Source: Mobula hypostoma
Lineage: Eukaryota
Direction of reading: 5' to 3'
NCBI RefSeq assembly: GCF_963921235.1
Contig: NC_086101.1
Coordinates: 5,892,001 to 5,956,000 of the forward strand
Length of the DNA: 64,000 bases
This document shows, in pieces, positions 1 to 12,621 of the stretch (positions within the stretch are counted from its first letter, which is position 1; each line of letters opens with the position of its first letter). Under the pieces are notes generated by a model, which worked only from the letters and a program-made list of their open reading frames with translations, was not told the origin of the DNA and did not search any database. Both the position numbers and the translations under genes were made by a program.

Positions 1-3000
1 TTGAGAAGAAGGGAGTGAAGAAATCGGGTAGAAAAAGTCGTTTTTTTTAACACTGCTCGGGGAGAAGGGTCTGCACTGCGCAGGCGCATGACGTGGCGCG
101 CCAAGGTTTCAAAGAGACCACCATATAGAGCGGCCATCATCGGAGTGGACTGAGTCAGAGTGGGACGGCTTTGGCTCAACAGGCTTCGGTGAGAACAAGC
201 AGAGGCCGGGGTAGGTTCCGGTAAGTTTTCTGTTCAGATTGTTTAGAGTAGAGAGAATTCCAGGCAGGATGTTGGAATGCTCCTCTTGCAGGATGTGGGA
301 AGTCAGGGAGCCCTCTGGTGTCCCTGACAACGACTCCTGCAAGAAGTGCATCCAGCTGCAGCTCCTAACAAACCGCGTTAGAGAACTGGAGCAGGAGCTG
401 GATGACCTGTGGATCATTTGGGAGAATAAGGAGATTATAGATAGTAGCTACAGGGAGGTAATTACGCCAAAGGAGCAGAGCACAGGAAGTTGCGTCACTG
501 TCAGGTGAGGGAAGAGGAAAGGGCAGGCAGAGCAGGGTTCCCTTGTGGCCATTCCCCTCAACAACAAGTATACCGCATTGGATACTGTTGGGGGGGATGA
601 CTTACCTGGGACAAGCTGCAGTAGCCAGATCTCTGGCACTGAGTCTGGCTCTGCAGTGCAGAAGGGAGGGTGGAAAAAGAGGAGAGCGGTAGTGATAGGG
701 GACTGGATAGTTAGAGGTGCAGATAGGAGGTTCTGTGGTCATGACAGAGAATCCAGGATGGTTTGTTGCCTCCCGGGTGCCGGGGTCAAGGATGTCTCTG
801 ATCGCTTGTATGATATTCTGAAGTGGGAGGGTGATCAACCAGATGTCGTGGTGCACATCGGTACCAATGACATAGCAAGGAAGAGTGAAGAGGTCCTGGA
901 GAGTGAGTATAGAGAGCTTGGTAGGAAGTTGAAAAGCAGGACCTCGAGGGTGGTAATCTCAGGATTGCTACCTGTGCTAGGTGCCAATGAGGGTAGGAAT
1001 ATGATGCTCTGGAGGATGAACAAGTGGCTGAGGAACTGGTGTAGGGGGCAGGGTTTCAGATTTCAGGATCATTGGGACCTCTTCTGGGGCAGGTGGGACC
1101 TGTACAAGAGAGACGGGTTACACTTGAACTACAGGGGACCAATATCCTTTCAGGGAGGTTTGTTAATGCTATTGGGGAGGCTTTAAACTAGATTTGCAAG
1201 GGGATGGGAACCAGAGTGCCTGAGCTGACAGTGTGGCTGGGGTGAAAATAAATGATGTTAAAAGTTCAAGCAAATCCGCTAATAGAAAGGTTGTGAGTGG
1301 TGGTAAAAATCTTCTGAGGTGTATATATTTCAATGCTAGGAGTATTGCGGGGAAGGTGGATGAGTTGAGGGCGTGGATTGACACGTAGAATTATGATGTT
1401 ATAGCAATTAGTGAAACTGGGCTACAGGAGGGGCAGGACTGGCAGCTTAATATTTCAGGGTTCCGATGTTTCAGATGTGATCAAGGCAGAGGAATGAAAG
1501 GTGGGGGAGTAGCATTATTTGTTAGGGAAAATATTACAGCAGTGCTCAGGCAGGACAGATTAGATGGCTTGTCTACTGAGTCCTTATGGGTGGAGCTCAG
1601 AAACAGGAAAGGTATGGCCACATTAGTGGGGTTGTATTAACGTGAACTGGAGGAGCAAATCTGCAGAGAGATACCAGGCAACTACAGGAAACATGAAGTT
1701 GTGGTGGTAGGGGATTTTAATTTTCGATATATTGATTGGGACTTCCATACTGTTAGGGGTCTAGATGGTTTAGAGTTTGTAAAATGTGTTCAGGAAAGTT
1801 TTCTAAATCAATATATAGAGGGACCAACCAGAGGGGATGCAATATTGGATCTCCTGTTAGGAAACGAGTTAGGACAAGTGACGGAAGTCTGTGTAGGGGA
1901 GCGTTTTAGTTCGGTGATCATAACACCATTAGTTTCAACTTGATCATGGACAAGGATAGATCCGGTCCTAGGGTTGAGGTTCTGAACTGGAAGAAGGCCA
2001 AATTTGAAGAAATGAAAAAGAATCTGAAAAGCGTGGATTGGGACAGGTTGTTCTCTGGCAAAGATGTGATCGGGAGGTGGGAAGCTTTCAAAGTAGAAAT
2101 TTTGAGAGTGCAGAGTTTGTATGTTCCTGTCAGGATTAAAGGCAAATTGAATAGGAATAAGGAACCTTGGTTCTCAAGGGATATTGCAACTCTGTTAAAG
2201 AAGAAGAGGGAGTTGTATGACATGTATAGGAAACAGGGAGTACATAAGGTGCTTGAGGAGTATATAAGAAGTGCAAGAAAATACTTAAGAAAGAAATCAG
2301 GAGGGCTAAAAGAAGACATGAGGTTGCCTGGGCAGTCAAAGTGAAGGATAATCCAAAGAGCTTTTACAGGTATATTAAGAGCAAAAGGATTGTAAGGGAT
2401 AAAATTGGTCCTCTTGAAAATCAGAGTGGTCAGCTATGTGCAAAACCAAAGGAAATGGGGGAGATCTTAAATAGGTTTTTTGCGTCTGTATTTACTAAGG
2501 AAACTGGCATGAAGTCTATGGAATTAAGGGAAACAAGCAGTGAGATCATGGAAACTGTACAGATTGAAAAGGAGGAGGTGCTTGCTGTCTTGAGGAAAAT
2601 GAAAGTGGATAAATCCCCAGGATCTGACAGGGTGTTCCCTCAGACCTTGAAGGAGACTAGTGTTGAAATTGCAGGGGCCCTGGCAGAAATATTTAAAATG
2701 TCGCTGTCAACAGGTGAGGTGCCGGAGGACTGGAGAGTGGCTCATGTTGTTCCGTTGTTTAAAAAAGGATCGAAAAGTAATCCGGAAAATTATAGGCCGG
2801 TAAATTTAACGTTGGTAGTACATAAGTTATTGGAGGGAGTACTAAGAGACAGAATCTACAAGCATTTGGATAGACAGGGCCTTATTAGGGAGAGTCAACA
2901 TGGCTTTGTGCGTGGTAGGTCATGTTAGACCAATCTATTGGAGTTTTTCGAGGAGGTTACCAGGAAAGTGGATGAAGGGAAGGCAGTGGATATTGTCTAC

Positions 3001-4146
3001 ATGAACTTCAGCAAGGTCTTTGACAAGGTCCCGCATGGGAGGTTAGTTAGGAAAATTCAGTCGGTAGGTATACATGGAGAAGTGGTAAATTGGATTAGAC
3101 ATTGGCTCGATGGAAGAAGCCAGAGAGTGGTGGTAGAGAATTGCTTCTCCGAGTGGAGGCCTGTGACTAGTGGTGTGCCACAGAGATCAGTGCTGGGTCC
3201 ATTGCAATTTGTCATCTATATCAATGATCTGGATGATCATGTGGTAAATTGGATCAGCAAATTTGCTGATGATGCAAAGATTGGAGGTGTAGTAGACAGT
3301 GAGGAAGGTTTTCAGAGCCTGCAGAGGGACTTGGACCAGCTGGAAAAATGGGCTGAAAAATGGCAGCTGGAGTTTAATACAGATAAGTGTGAGGTATTGC
3401 ACGTTGGAAGGACAAACCAAGGTAGAACATACAGGGTTAAGGGTAAGGCACTGAGGAGTGCAGTAGAACAGAGGGATCTGGGAATACAGATACAAAATTC
3501 CCTAAAAGTTGCATCACAGGTAGATAGGGTCGTAAAGAGAGCTTTTGGTACATTGGCCTTTATTAATCAAAGTATTGAGTATAAGAGCTGGAATGTTATG
3601 ATGAGGTTGGATAAGGCATTGGTGAGGCTGAATCTGGAGTATTGTGTTCAGTTTTGGTTAACAAATTACAGGAAGGATATAAATAAGTTTGAAAGAGTGC
3701 AGAGAAGGTTTACAGAGAAAGGTTGAATAGGTTAGGACTTTATTCCCTGGGGCGTAGAAGAATGAGGGGAGATTTGATAGAGGTATATAAAATTATGATG
3801 GGTATAGATAGAGTGAATGCAAGCAGGCTTTTTCCACTGAGGCAAGGGGAGAAAAAAAAACAGAGGACATGGGTTAAGGTTGAGGGGGGAAAAGTTTAAA
3901 GGGAGCATTAGTGGGGGCTTCTTCACACAGAGAGTGGTGGGAGTATGGAATGAGTTGCCAGACGAGGTGGGAAATGCGGGTTCATTTTTTAACATTTAAG
4001 AATAAATTGGATAGATACATGGATAGGACGTGTATATAGGGATATGGTCCGTGTGCAGGTCAGTGGGACTAGGCAGAAAATGGTTCGGCACAGCCAAGAA
4101 GGGCCAAAAGGCCTGTTTCTGTGCTGTAGTTTTTCTATGGTTTCTA
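1..4146 (+). mobile_element. Near full-length degraded CR1 LINE (ORF1 zinc finger + SGNH esterase; ORF2 APE endonuclease + RT)
   Basis: ORF1 pieces CSSCRMW..CKKC (239-508) and VVIGD..VHIGTND..DGLHLN (545-1186). ORF2 pieces VGDFN, YRPVNLT, KVFDKVPH, KFADD, LEYCVQFW, broken by stops and frameshifts. Ends in a TTCTATGG-type tail at about 4131-4146. Confidence 0.93.
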
Positions 4147-4671
4147 TTAGGGGTCCCAGAACAGATCCCTAAGGCACACCACTGGTGATTGGCCTCCATG
4201 CAGAATATGACCCGTCTACAACCACTCTTTGCCTTTTGTGGGCAAGCCAGTTCTGCATCCACAAGCAATGTCCCCTTTGGATCCCCTTGGTAATGAGAGA
4301 AGCAGAGATGGCAGAGGGACCGAATGTGTATTTTGCATCAGTCTTCACAGTGGAAGACGTTTGCAGTATACCGGACATTGAAGAATGTCAGTGAACTGAA
4401 GTACGTGAAGTGAAAATTATGACTGAGAAGATGCTCAGGAAGCTTAATAGTCTGAGGGTGGATAAATCTCTTGGACCTGATGGAATGCACCCTCGAGTTC
4501 TGAAGGAAGTAGCTGTAGAGGTTGCAGAGGCATTAAAATGATCTTTAAAGGATTGATAGATTCTGGCATTGTCCGGAAAATTGTAAATGTTATTCCGCTA
4601 TTTTAGAATGGTGGAAGCCTGACATCAGTCGTTGGGAAGTTGTTGGATTCGATTGTTAGGGATGAGATTCA

Positions 4672-6875
4672 TACTAAGATTTAATTTATAACCTGAGAAA
4701 AGACCAAATTGTGCTAATAACTCTAAAACAGCAGGAATGGATCTCTCAGGATTAGAAATATATAAAAGTAAATCATCAGCATAGAGTGATAATTTATGGG
4801 ACTTTAATCCCCGAGTTATCCCAGTAATATTTGAAGATTCTCGAATAGCAATTGCAAGAGGTTCTAATGCAATATCAAATAATAGGGGACTAAGAGGACA
4901 GCCTTGTCGAGTACCACGAAAGAGAGGAAAAAAAGGTGAGTTTAAGGAGTTAGTACGAACCGAGGCTACAGGAGAGTGATATAACAGTTTAATCCAGGAT
5001 ATAAATTTCAAGCTAAAATTAAACATTTCAAGCACCTTAAATAAATAAGGCCATTCTACTCTATCCAAAGCTTTCTCGGCATCTAAAGAAATAACACACT
5101 CAGGAACATTTTGTGAGGGAGTATAGACGATATTTAACAATGTACGAATATTATAAAAAGAGTAACGACCTTTAATAAAACCCGTTTGGTCTTCCGAAAT
5201 AATAGAAGGAAGTACTTTTTCTAGTCTATTTGCTAATAACTTAGAAAAAACTTTAGAATCAACATTTAATAAAGATATTGGTCTATAAGATGCACATTGA
5301 GCAGGGTCTTTATCCTTCTTTAGTATTAAAGAAATTGATGCTCTATTAAAAGATTCCGGAAGTTTACCAAGTTTCAAAGAAGCCTCAAAAACCTTATAGA
5401 GCCAAGGAATCAATAAAGAAGCAAAACATTTATAAAATTCAACGGTAAACCCATCAGGGCCAGGAGCTTTCCCCAGATTCATAGAAAAAATAACATTCTT
5501 AATCTCATCCATTGTAATGGAAGTATCTAATAAAGAAGACATATCCTGTGAAATCTGAGGGAAGTCTAACTTATCTAAAAAATCATTCATATATTTAGAA
5601 TCTCGAGGAGACTCTGATTGATATAAAGAAGAATAAAAATCACAAAAGGTTTGATTAATCCCCACATGATCCAATATCAATCGATCATTTTGGTTATAAA
5701 TCTGATTGATTTGAGATTTAACATAATTAGATTTCAATTGATTAGCCAGCAGCTTGCCAATTTTATCACTGTGAACATAAAAATCACTTCTTGTTTTCTT
5801 TAATTGGTTTACAATCGAGGACGAGAGTAGTAAACTGTGTTCCATTTGAAGTTCAGTTCTTTGTTTGTATAGCTCCTCAGAAGGAGCCATAACATATTTC
5901 TTATCAATTTCTTTAATCTTGTCCACAATTGCCATCTCCTCCTGCTTCTGTTTCTTCCTCAAAGCAACGGAATACGAAATAATCTGACCCCGAATATAGG
6001 CTTTAAAAGTGTCCCAAAGAGTGTTAACCGAAATATCTTCTGTATGGTTAATTGTAAAAAAAAGCTCAATCTGTTCATTCATAAAATTAACAAAGTCCGA
6101 GTCCTGAAGCAACAGCGAATTAAAACGCCATTGTCTATTGTTTGGTATATTGGCCATAATTTTAATAGAAAGCTTAAGTGGAGCATGATCCGAAATGGTT
6201 ATAGAATCATAATCACATTTAATCACTGAAGGAATGAGACGAGAATCAATGAAAAAATAATCAATTCTTGAATAGGAATGATGAACATGTGAAAAGAAGG
6301 AAAAATCTTTTTCCTGAGGATGCAGAAAACGCCAAATGTCCGTCGACCCAGAATCAGAAAGGAAAAAATTAATCAAATTTGCAGATTTATTAGGTAAAGT
6401 CCGTAAAGGAGCCGAACGGTCCAAAGCTGGAGATAAACAGGTATTAAGATCTCCGCCCCAAATCAATGAAAACTCGTTCAAATTCGGAAACTGATCAAAC
6501 AATGATTTATAAAATTCCGGACAATCCATATTAGGAGCATAAACATTAACCAAAACTACTTTTTTTATTAAATAGTAAACCACTAACCAGTAAAAATCTA
6601 CCATTCGGATCAGAGATAATATCCTGTTGTATAAAAGTAACTGAGGAGTCTATAAAAATAGAGACGCCTCGAATCTTAGCATTGGAGTTCGAATGAAATT
6701 GTTGTTCCTTCCAGAATTTGAAAAAACGTAGTCTGTCCCCCCTCCGTACATGGGTCTCTTGTAAAAATAAAATTTGTGCTTTAAGTCTCCGGAACACTTT
6801 AAAAACTTTTTTCCTTTTAATAGGATGATTAAGACCATTAGTATTCCAGGAGACAAAATTAATAATAGACTCCAT
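4672..6875 (-). CDS. L1 ORF2 N-terminal part (APE endonuclease + reverse transcriptase), one frameshift near 6560-6600
   Basis: MESIINFVSWNTNGL, FLQETH, NVYAPN, GGDLN, SRIDY, SDH, KAPGPDG, YRPISLLN, RQGCPLSP, LYADD. Confidence 0.92.
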
Positions 6876-7379
6876 AAATCCTAAAGTCAACCCATAACAA
6901 GGAGGATTGACAATAGGCGCGACCCACAAACCCGGAGAGGAAACAGAACATACAAAAGATACCGGGGAAAAGGACGCAACCAATACTTCAATAATGTATA
7001 TAGCCCAAAGAGAAACAAACTAAAACGTGAAGCCCCTCCCACCACCCCCCACCCCAAGACCCCAAGGCGAAATCTAAAGCAGACCCGCCAGAAAGAAGCA
7101 AGCGCTAAAACTACCCCCATGACTTCCGGTATACGCTCCCTAAAAAAAAGGTATAAATATGAAAAGGGTCAGCTAATTGTAAAACAGTAAAAAAATAAGT
7201 AAAAAAAAGTTAGCTCAATTAAAATACACACAGAACAGAACAAAAGCCGGAAAGTATATATTAAAAAAAAACCACAATAAACCTCAAACTCATGAATAGA
7301 CACAGCAACAAAAAAAAATAGGATTATTAACATAAAATGATTATAAAAAGCAAAACAGAATAAAATTTAAAAAAAACTA

Positions 7380-8993
7380 CAATTTGGTCTTTTCTCAGGT
7401 TATAAATTAAATCTTAGTAAGAGTGAACTTTTTCCGATTAATAAACATCTTCCCTTATATTATAAATTCCCATTTAAATTGATTAATAATTACTTTTCAT
7501 ATCTTGGGATTAAAATTACTTGTAAACATAAAGATTTATTTAAGACTAACTTTTTACCATTAATAGACCATATTACTCAACTTTCATCTAAATGGTTTCC
7601 CTTATATTTAACTTTGATTGGTCGTATTAATGCAGTTAAGATGTTTTTTTTGCCAAAATTTTTATATGTGTTTCAGGCATTACCAATTTTCGTTCCTAAA
7701 TCTTTTTTTGATAAAGTTGACTCTAAAATTTCTTCATTTATTTGGCAGAATAAGAATCCGAGACTGGGTAAAATACATTTACAGAAAGCTAAGAGAGATG
7801 GAGGTTTAGCATTACCTAACTTTAGATTTTATTATTGGGCTATTAATATTCGACATATGAAATTTTGGTTACTTGACCGGGACATATTATCTATTCCTAA
7901 ATGGGTAGCATTGGAATTACAATCTGTTCAGGGTTATACACTTGGTTCTATTTTAGGTTCCTCTCTTCCTTTTGATTCGAAACGCCTTAAGCAGGTCTCT
8001 AACCCGATAGTTAAATATGCTTTGCGCATTTGGTTTCAATTCAGAAAATTTTTTGATCTTAATCAATTCGGGTTAGCGATTCCTATTTTAGGCAACATAT
8101 TTTTTCCTCCCTCTTTTACGGATCGCGCTTTTCAAACTTGGAAGACTAAGGGTATTTTACGGTTTTTGGATTTATTTTTAGATGGTTCCCTTATGTCTTT
8201 TGAACAATTATCTAATAAATATAACTTATCAAGAATACATTTTTTTAGATATTTACAAGTTAGAAATTTCCTAAGTACTATACTTTCTTCCTTTCCAATG
8301 CTTCCTCCTATATATATTTTAGATTCGATAATTAACCTTAATCCATGTCAGAAAGGTGCATCGGCTATGATTTATAATATTATTATGAAACTTAGGAAAG
8401 CTCCATTTGATAAGATTAGGGTAGATTGGGAACAGGAATTGGGGCTTACCATTTCTGTGGATGATTGGGGGCAGATTTTACAATTAGTTAATACTTCCTC
8501 TATTTGTGCTAAACATTCCCTAATTCAATTTAAAGTGGTTCATAGAGCACATATGTCCAAAGATAAGTTAGCGCGTTTTTACTCGCATATTAATCCTTTC
8601 TGTGATAGATGTTCGGGGCAGATAGCCTCTTTAACTCATATGTTTTGGTCTTGCCCTACTTTGGAAACTTTTTGGAGAGATATTTTCAATATTATTTCTA
8701 AGGTATTAAATATAGATATCTCTCCTCACCCTATTACTGCTATCTTTGGACTACCTAAAATTTCTAGTAATCTTTCCCCTTCAGCCCGTAGAATGATTGC
8801 ATTTCTTACTTTAATGGCGAAAAGATGTATTTTACAACATTGGAAAGAGCTTAATGCTCCAACTACCTTTTTTTGGTTTTCTCAGACGATTTTATGTTTG
8901 AATCTGGAGAAAATTAGAAGTAACCTTTATGATTCTTCATTTAAATTTGAACAGATTTGGGGACCTTTTATTCGATATTTTCATTTAATGTAA
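7380..8993 (+). CDS. L1 ORF2 C-terminal part (thumb + CCHC zinc knuckle)
   Basis: Open from QFGLFSGYKLNLSKSE through YLGI, GGLALPN and CDRC..THMFWSC to the stop at 8993. Confidence 0.92.
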   Translation, partial: QFGLFSGYKLNLSKSELFPINKHLPLYYKFPFKLINNYFSYLGIKITCKHKDLFKTNFLPLIDHITQLSSKWFPLYLTLIGRINAVKMFFLPKFLYVFQALPIFVPKSFFDKVDSKISSFIWQNKNPRLGKIHLQKAKRDGGLALPNFRFYYWAINIRHMKFWLLDRDILSIPKWVALELQSVQGYTLGSILGSSLPFDSKRLKQVSNPIVKYALRIWFQFRKFFDLNQFGLAIPILGNIFFPPSFTDRAFQTWKTKGILRFLDLFLDGSLMSFEQLSNKYNLSRIHFFRYLQVRNFLSTILSSFPMLPPIYILDSIINLNPCQKGASAMIYNIIMKLRKAPFDKIRVDWEQELGLTISVDDWGQILQLVNTSSICAKHSLIQFKVVHRAHMSKDKLARFYSHINPFCDRCSGQIASLTHMFWSCPTLETFWRDIFNIISKVLNIDISPHPITAIFGLPKISSNLSPSARRMIAFLTLMAKRCILQHWKELNAPTTFFWFSQTILCLNLEKIRSNLYDSSFKFEQIWGPFIRYFHLM

Positions 8994-10849
8994 TATTTAC
9001 CCTTCTTGTTTTTTTTTCACTGTTTTAATGGAGGTCGGGATTGAGGACGTGATTTTAAGTTTAACTCTGTTTGGTTTCAAGTTAGCCCATTGCTTTGCTT
9101 TGCTTTTAGGTAGTTGCACGGTGGGTTTTTTTTTGGGGGGTTTTTTTTTCTTTTTTTTTCCATTGATATATATAAAATCTAGTATACTATTATGTTATCT
9201 TGGTTTCTTATGCTTAAATTACATTGTTTGTAGTATTTTCTTTTTGGTATTGTTATCTTTTGGAATTTTATTGTACTTTAACATTGTATTAATGTTTATA
9301 TGGCTTACCTTTTTTGTATACTTACTCAATAAAAAGATTTAAAAAGGGATGAGATTCAGAGTATCTAGAGGCACATGACAAGACAAGCCAACCCAGCATG
9401 GTTTCCTGAAAGGAAAATCCTGCTTGACTAACCTACTGCAATTTTTTGAGGAAATTACAAGCAGGGTAGACAAAGGAGACAGTAGAAGTAGTGTACTTGG
9501 ATTTTCAGAAGGCCTTTGACAAGTTGCCACACATGAGGCTGCGTAGCAACATAAGATCCCATGGAATTACAGGGGAGTTACGAGCATGTGTGGAGCATTG
9601 GCTGATCGGCAGAAAACAGAGTGGGAATAAAGGGATCCTATTCTGGCTGGCTGCCGGTTACTATTGGAGTTCCACAGTGGTTGGTGTTGGGAACGCTGTT
9701 CTTTGCGATGTATGTCAATGATTTGGATTATGGGATAAATGGAATTCTGGCTAAATTTGCCGATGATACAAAGATAGATGGGGAGTTGGTAGTGTTGACG
9801 AAACAGAGAGACTTAGATAGTTTAGGGAAATGGGCAAAGAAGTGGCAAATGAAATACAATGTTGGAAAGTGTATGGTCATACACTTTGGTGGAAGAAGTA
9901 AACGGGCAGGCTATTATTTAGATGGAGAGAGGATTCAAAATGCCGAGATGCAAAGGGACTTAGGAGTCCTTGTGCAGGATACATAGAACATAGGACATAG
10001 AATAGTACAGCACAGTACAGGCCTTTCGGCCCACAATGTTGTGCCGACCCTCAAACCCTGCCTCCCATGTAACGCCCCAGCTTAAATTCCTCAATATACC
10101 CGAGAGCTTAACTCCAGGTCGAGACGGTGGTGAGGAAGGTAAATGCAATGTTGGCATTCATTACCAGAGGTATAGAATATAAGAGCGGGGATGTGATGTT
10201 GAAGCTGTATAGGCACTTGTAAGACCACACTTGGAGTATTGTGTGCAGGTTTAGGCTCCTTATGTTAGAAAGGATATACTGTCATTGAGAGGGTTCAGAG
10301 AAGATTCACGAGAATAATTCCAGGAATGAAAGAGTTACCGTATGAGGAATGTCTGGCAGCTCTTGGGCTGTATTCCATGGGGTTCAAGAGAGCCCCAAGG
10401 GGGGACCTCATAGAAATATTCCGAATGTTAAATGGCCTGAATAGTTTAGATATGGCAAAGTTATTTCCCAAGGTAGGGGAGTCCAGGACACGAGGGCACG
10501 ACTTCAGGATTGAAGGACGTCTTTTTAGAACAGAGATGCTGAGAAATTACTTTAGTCAGAGGGTGCTAAATCCTTGAATTTGTTGCCATGAGCGACTGTG
10601 GAGGCCATGTCATTGGGTGATTTTAAGGCAGAGATAGAAAGCTTCTTGATTAACCAGGGCATCAGAGGGTATGGGGAGAAGGTAGGGGAGTGAAGATGAC
10701 TGGAAGAAATGGATCAGCCCATGATTGAATGGCAGAGCTAACTCGATAGGCCGAATGGCCTGCTTCTGCTGCTATATCTTATGGTCTTATGGTCTTATAC
10801 TGCGCCACAAAACAACAAACCTTTTGCTTATCATCCCCATCCTCAGATT

Positions 10850-12258
10850 GAAGGTGGCACTGCGACGAACTGAATTTTCGAATATCTATCAGCTGGATTG
10901 GCAGAGTCCTGAATTCAGGATATTTAAACGATATGCTACCGTTTTACAAAGCAGCAGGACATCAGATGAGATTGAAAATTCAACAAATTCCTCAGCTCCC
11001 ACACCCATCTTCACTTTAAACACAGGCAAGTAATCAGACGACAGCAATCTCCCACGGTTCCACACACAGAGACTGATCCTGAAGGGAACCTTTTTATTTC
11101 CCTAATTATACTTCTGTTCTCAGAATAATTCTAAAATCCTCTGTGACTCAGCTTCACAGGAGACTGCTGGGGAAGAAAGTGCATTTCCCAGTGCGGCCAG
11201 CAGGTGGGGGAATTGCTCCAGTTATTCGCTCTCTCACTCTGCTTTCACCCAGTTGGGACGGATTCTGCCAACACTCGCTGCTCCCCACTGTCCAGCAGGA
11301 GCCGTGGGGAGTTACTCTAGTCAACACCCTCTGTCTCCTTACCCTGGAGGGAGCGGTACAGACTGAGGGGATCACTAAGTACAGGATTCTCGGAGCACGG
11401 TTTTTCAGCAGCTGCAGAGGAAATAGTCAACAATAACAACTGACACAGACATGATAGACAGTCGGAGTCTCTTCATCCTCAGTGTGGGAATGTCATTTCC
11501 TACAGGGAGTAAATATAAGGTGAGAGGAGAAGATTTAATGGAGATTAATGAGGCAAGTTTTATTTACACAAAGTGGTCGCTGCCTGGTGGAAGAAGATAC
11601 AACAATATTTCAGTGACATTTAGACAGACACATGAACAGACAGGGAATGGAGGGTTGTGGACCGTGTACAGGCAGATGGGATGAGATTGAACTGGCAGAT
11701 CTTCAGCACAGACTTGTGGGCCGAATGACCTGTTCCTGTGCTGTATTGTTCAACGTTCAATATTCAGTAGTTGTGGACGCAGCAGTCAACAACAACAACT
11801 GGTATTCAAGTACAGTCGCTGTGTAAATGCAGTAAAGTGTCCCGGGCGCTTACACAGACGTGTTTCTCACTGGATACAAAAACAATGAATACAACAAACT
11901 CTGCATACTGTTACATGCATTGGAGACAGTGGAGTGAATGCAGTCAACACGGGGAACAGAGGATGCTCTACACAGAGTGCATTGGTTGCCACTCCCCTGT
12001 GTAACCTAACAGACAAAAGGCCAACAAATTAAAAGACACAAAGATCGATTTGTGTTTGAAGAAAATGAGAAACAGGAGCAGGAGTGGCCATTCGGCCCCT
12101 TGCTCCTGCTCTGCCCTTCACTCAGAACATGGCTGATCATTGACCTCAGTGACAATTTCCTGCATCACCCCAGCATCGCTGTACCCCTTAAATCTAAAAA
12201 TCTTTGGCAGAGAATTCCAAAGATTCACCACACACTGGGTGAGGAAATTTTCCTCATC
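10850..12258 (+). repeat. Locally duplicated block, copy A (continues at about 24617-25000 after the ERV)
   Basis: Aligns by eye with about 40450-41283 (+) and about 61945-63310 (-). For example gtgcggccagcaggtgggggaattgctcca is shared with copy B, and aaaacaatgaatacaacaaactctgcatactgttaca is shared with copies B and C. Confidence 0.85.
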
Positions 12259-12621
12259 CGACTCCTGCTGATGTTGTGAAAATTGAATCGGGATAAAGTC
12301 ACTCAGAGACCAAATGCGTATAAACTCTTTATTCAAAGCCTCTGGGGCACTTCAGTTAGTCGCTCAAACAGCAAGCGTCTGTGACTGTTCGTCTTCGGTC
12401 CACCGACTAGCTGGCAATTCCTCTTACACAATAGATATAGTTGCTCACATACACCCACACATACCAAGCTGGAGCCGGTCTTATCTACGTGCATGGCAGT
12501 GCAAGGAAACAACGACCTAGAAACACCAACTGTCTTACTGCAAGAAGAAATATTGCTCTACATTGAATGGCGAGATTAGCACACCTGTTAATCGTCAGCG
12601 GTTTCTTGCAGATAAACAGGC

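Larger units (their letters stand above)
4672..9344. mobile_element. L1-clade LINE with inverted 5' part (4672-7378, minus) and non-inverted 3' part (7379-9344, plus)
   Basis: TSD AGGGATGAGATTCA at 4658-4671 and 9345-9358. 3' end is AATAAAAAGATTTAAAAA. ORF2 is split over opposite strands. Confidence 0.95.
4285..10798 (+). mobile_element. 5'-truncated CR1 LINE, split by an L1 insertion (4672-9344) and a short inverted CR1 3' end (about 9982-10100)
   Basis: RT-region motifs FASVFT, YLDFQKAFDK, KFADDTK continue across the L1. CTTATGGT-repeat tail at about 10777-10798. Confidence 0.85.

Noticed and set aside
545..1186. Captured host SGNH esterase gene (also at 14043 and 34546)
   Set aside because: An esterase domain in ORF1 is an established feature of CR1 LINEs.
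4625..8993. Two independent divergent L1 insertions
   Set aside because: A single TSD encloses both parts, and they join into one ORF2 through a 41-bp overlap.
12265..12274. ERV target-site duplication
   Set aside because: ctgatgt on the left and ctgattgt at about 24615 are suggestive, but the 5' LTR terminus is eroded, so no TSD can be called.
12314..12520. Conserved small protein (DIVAHIHPHIPSWSRSYL, repeated at 24184-24453)
   Set aside because: The similarity is just the two LTRs of one provirus read antisense.
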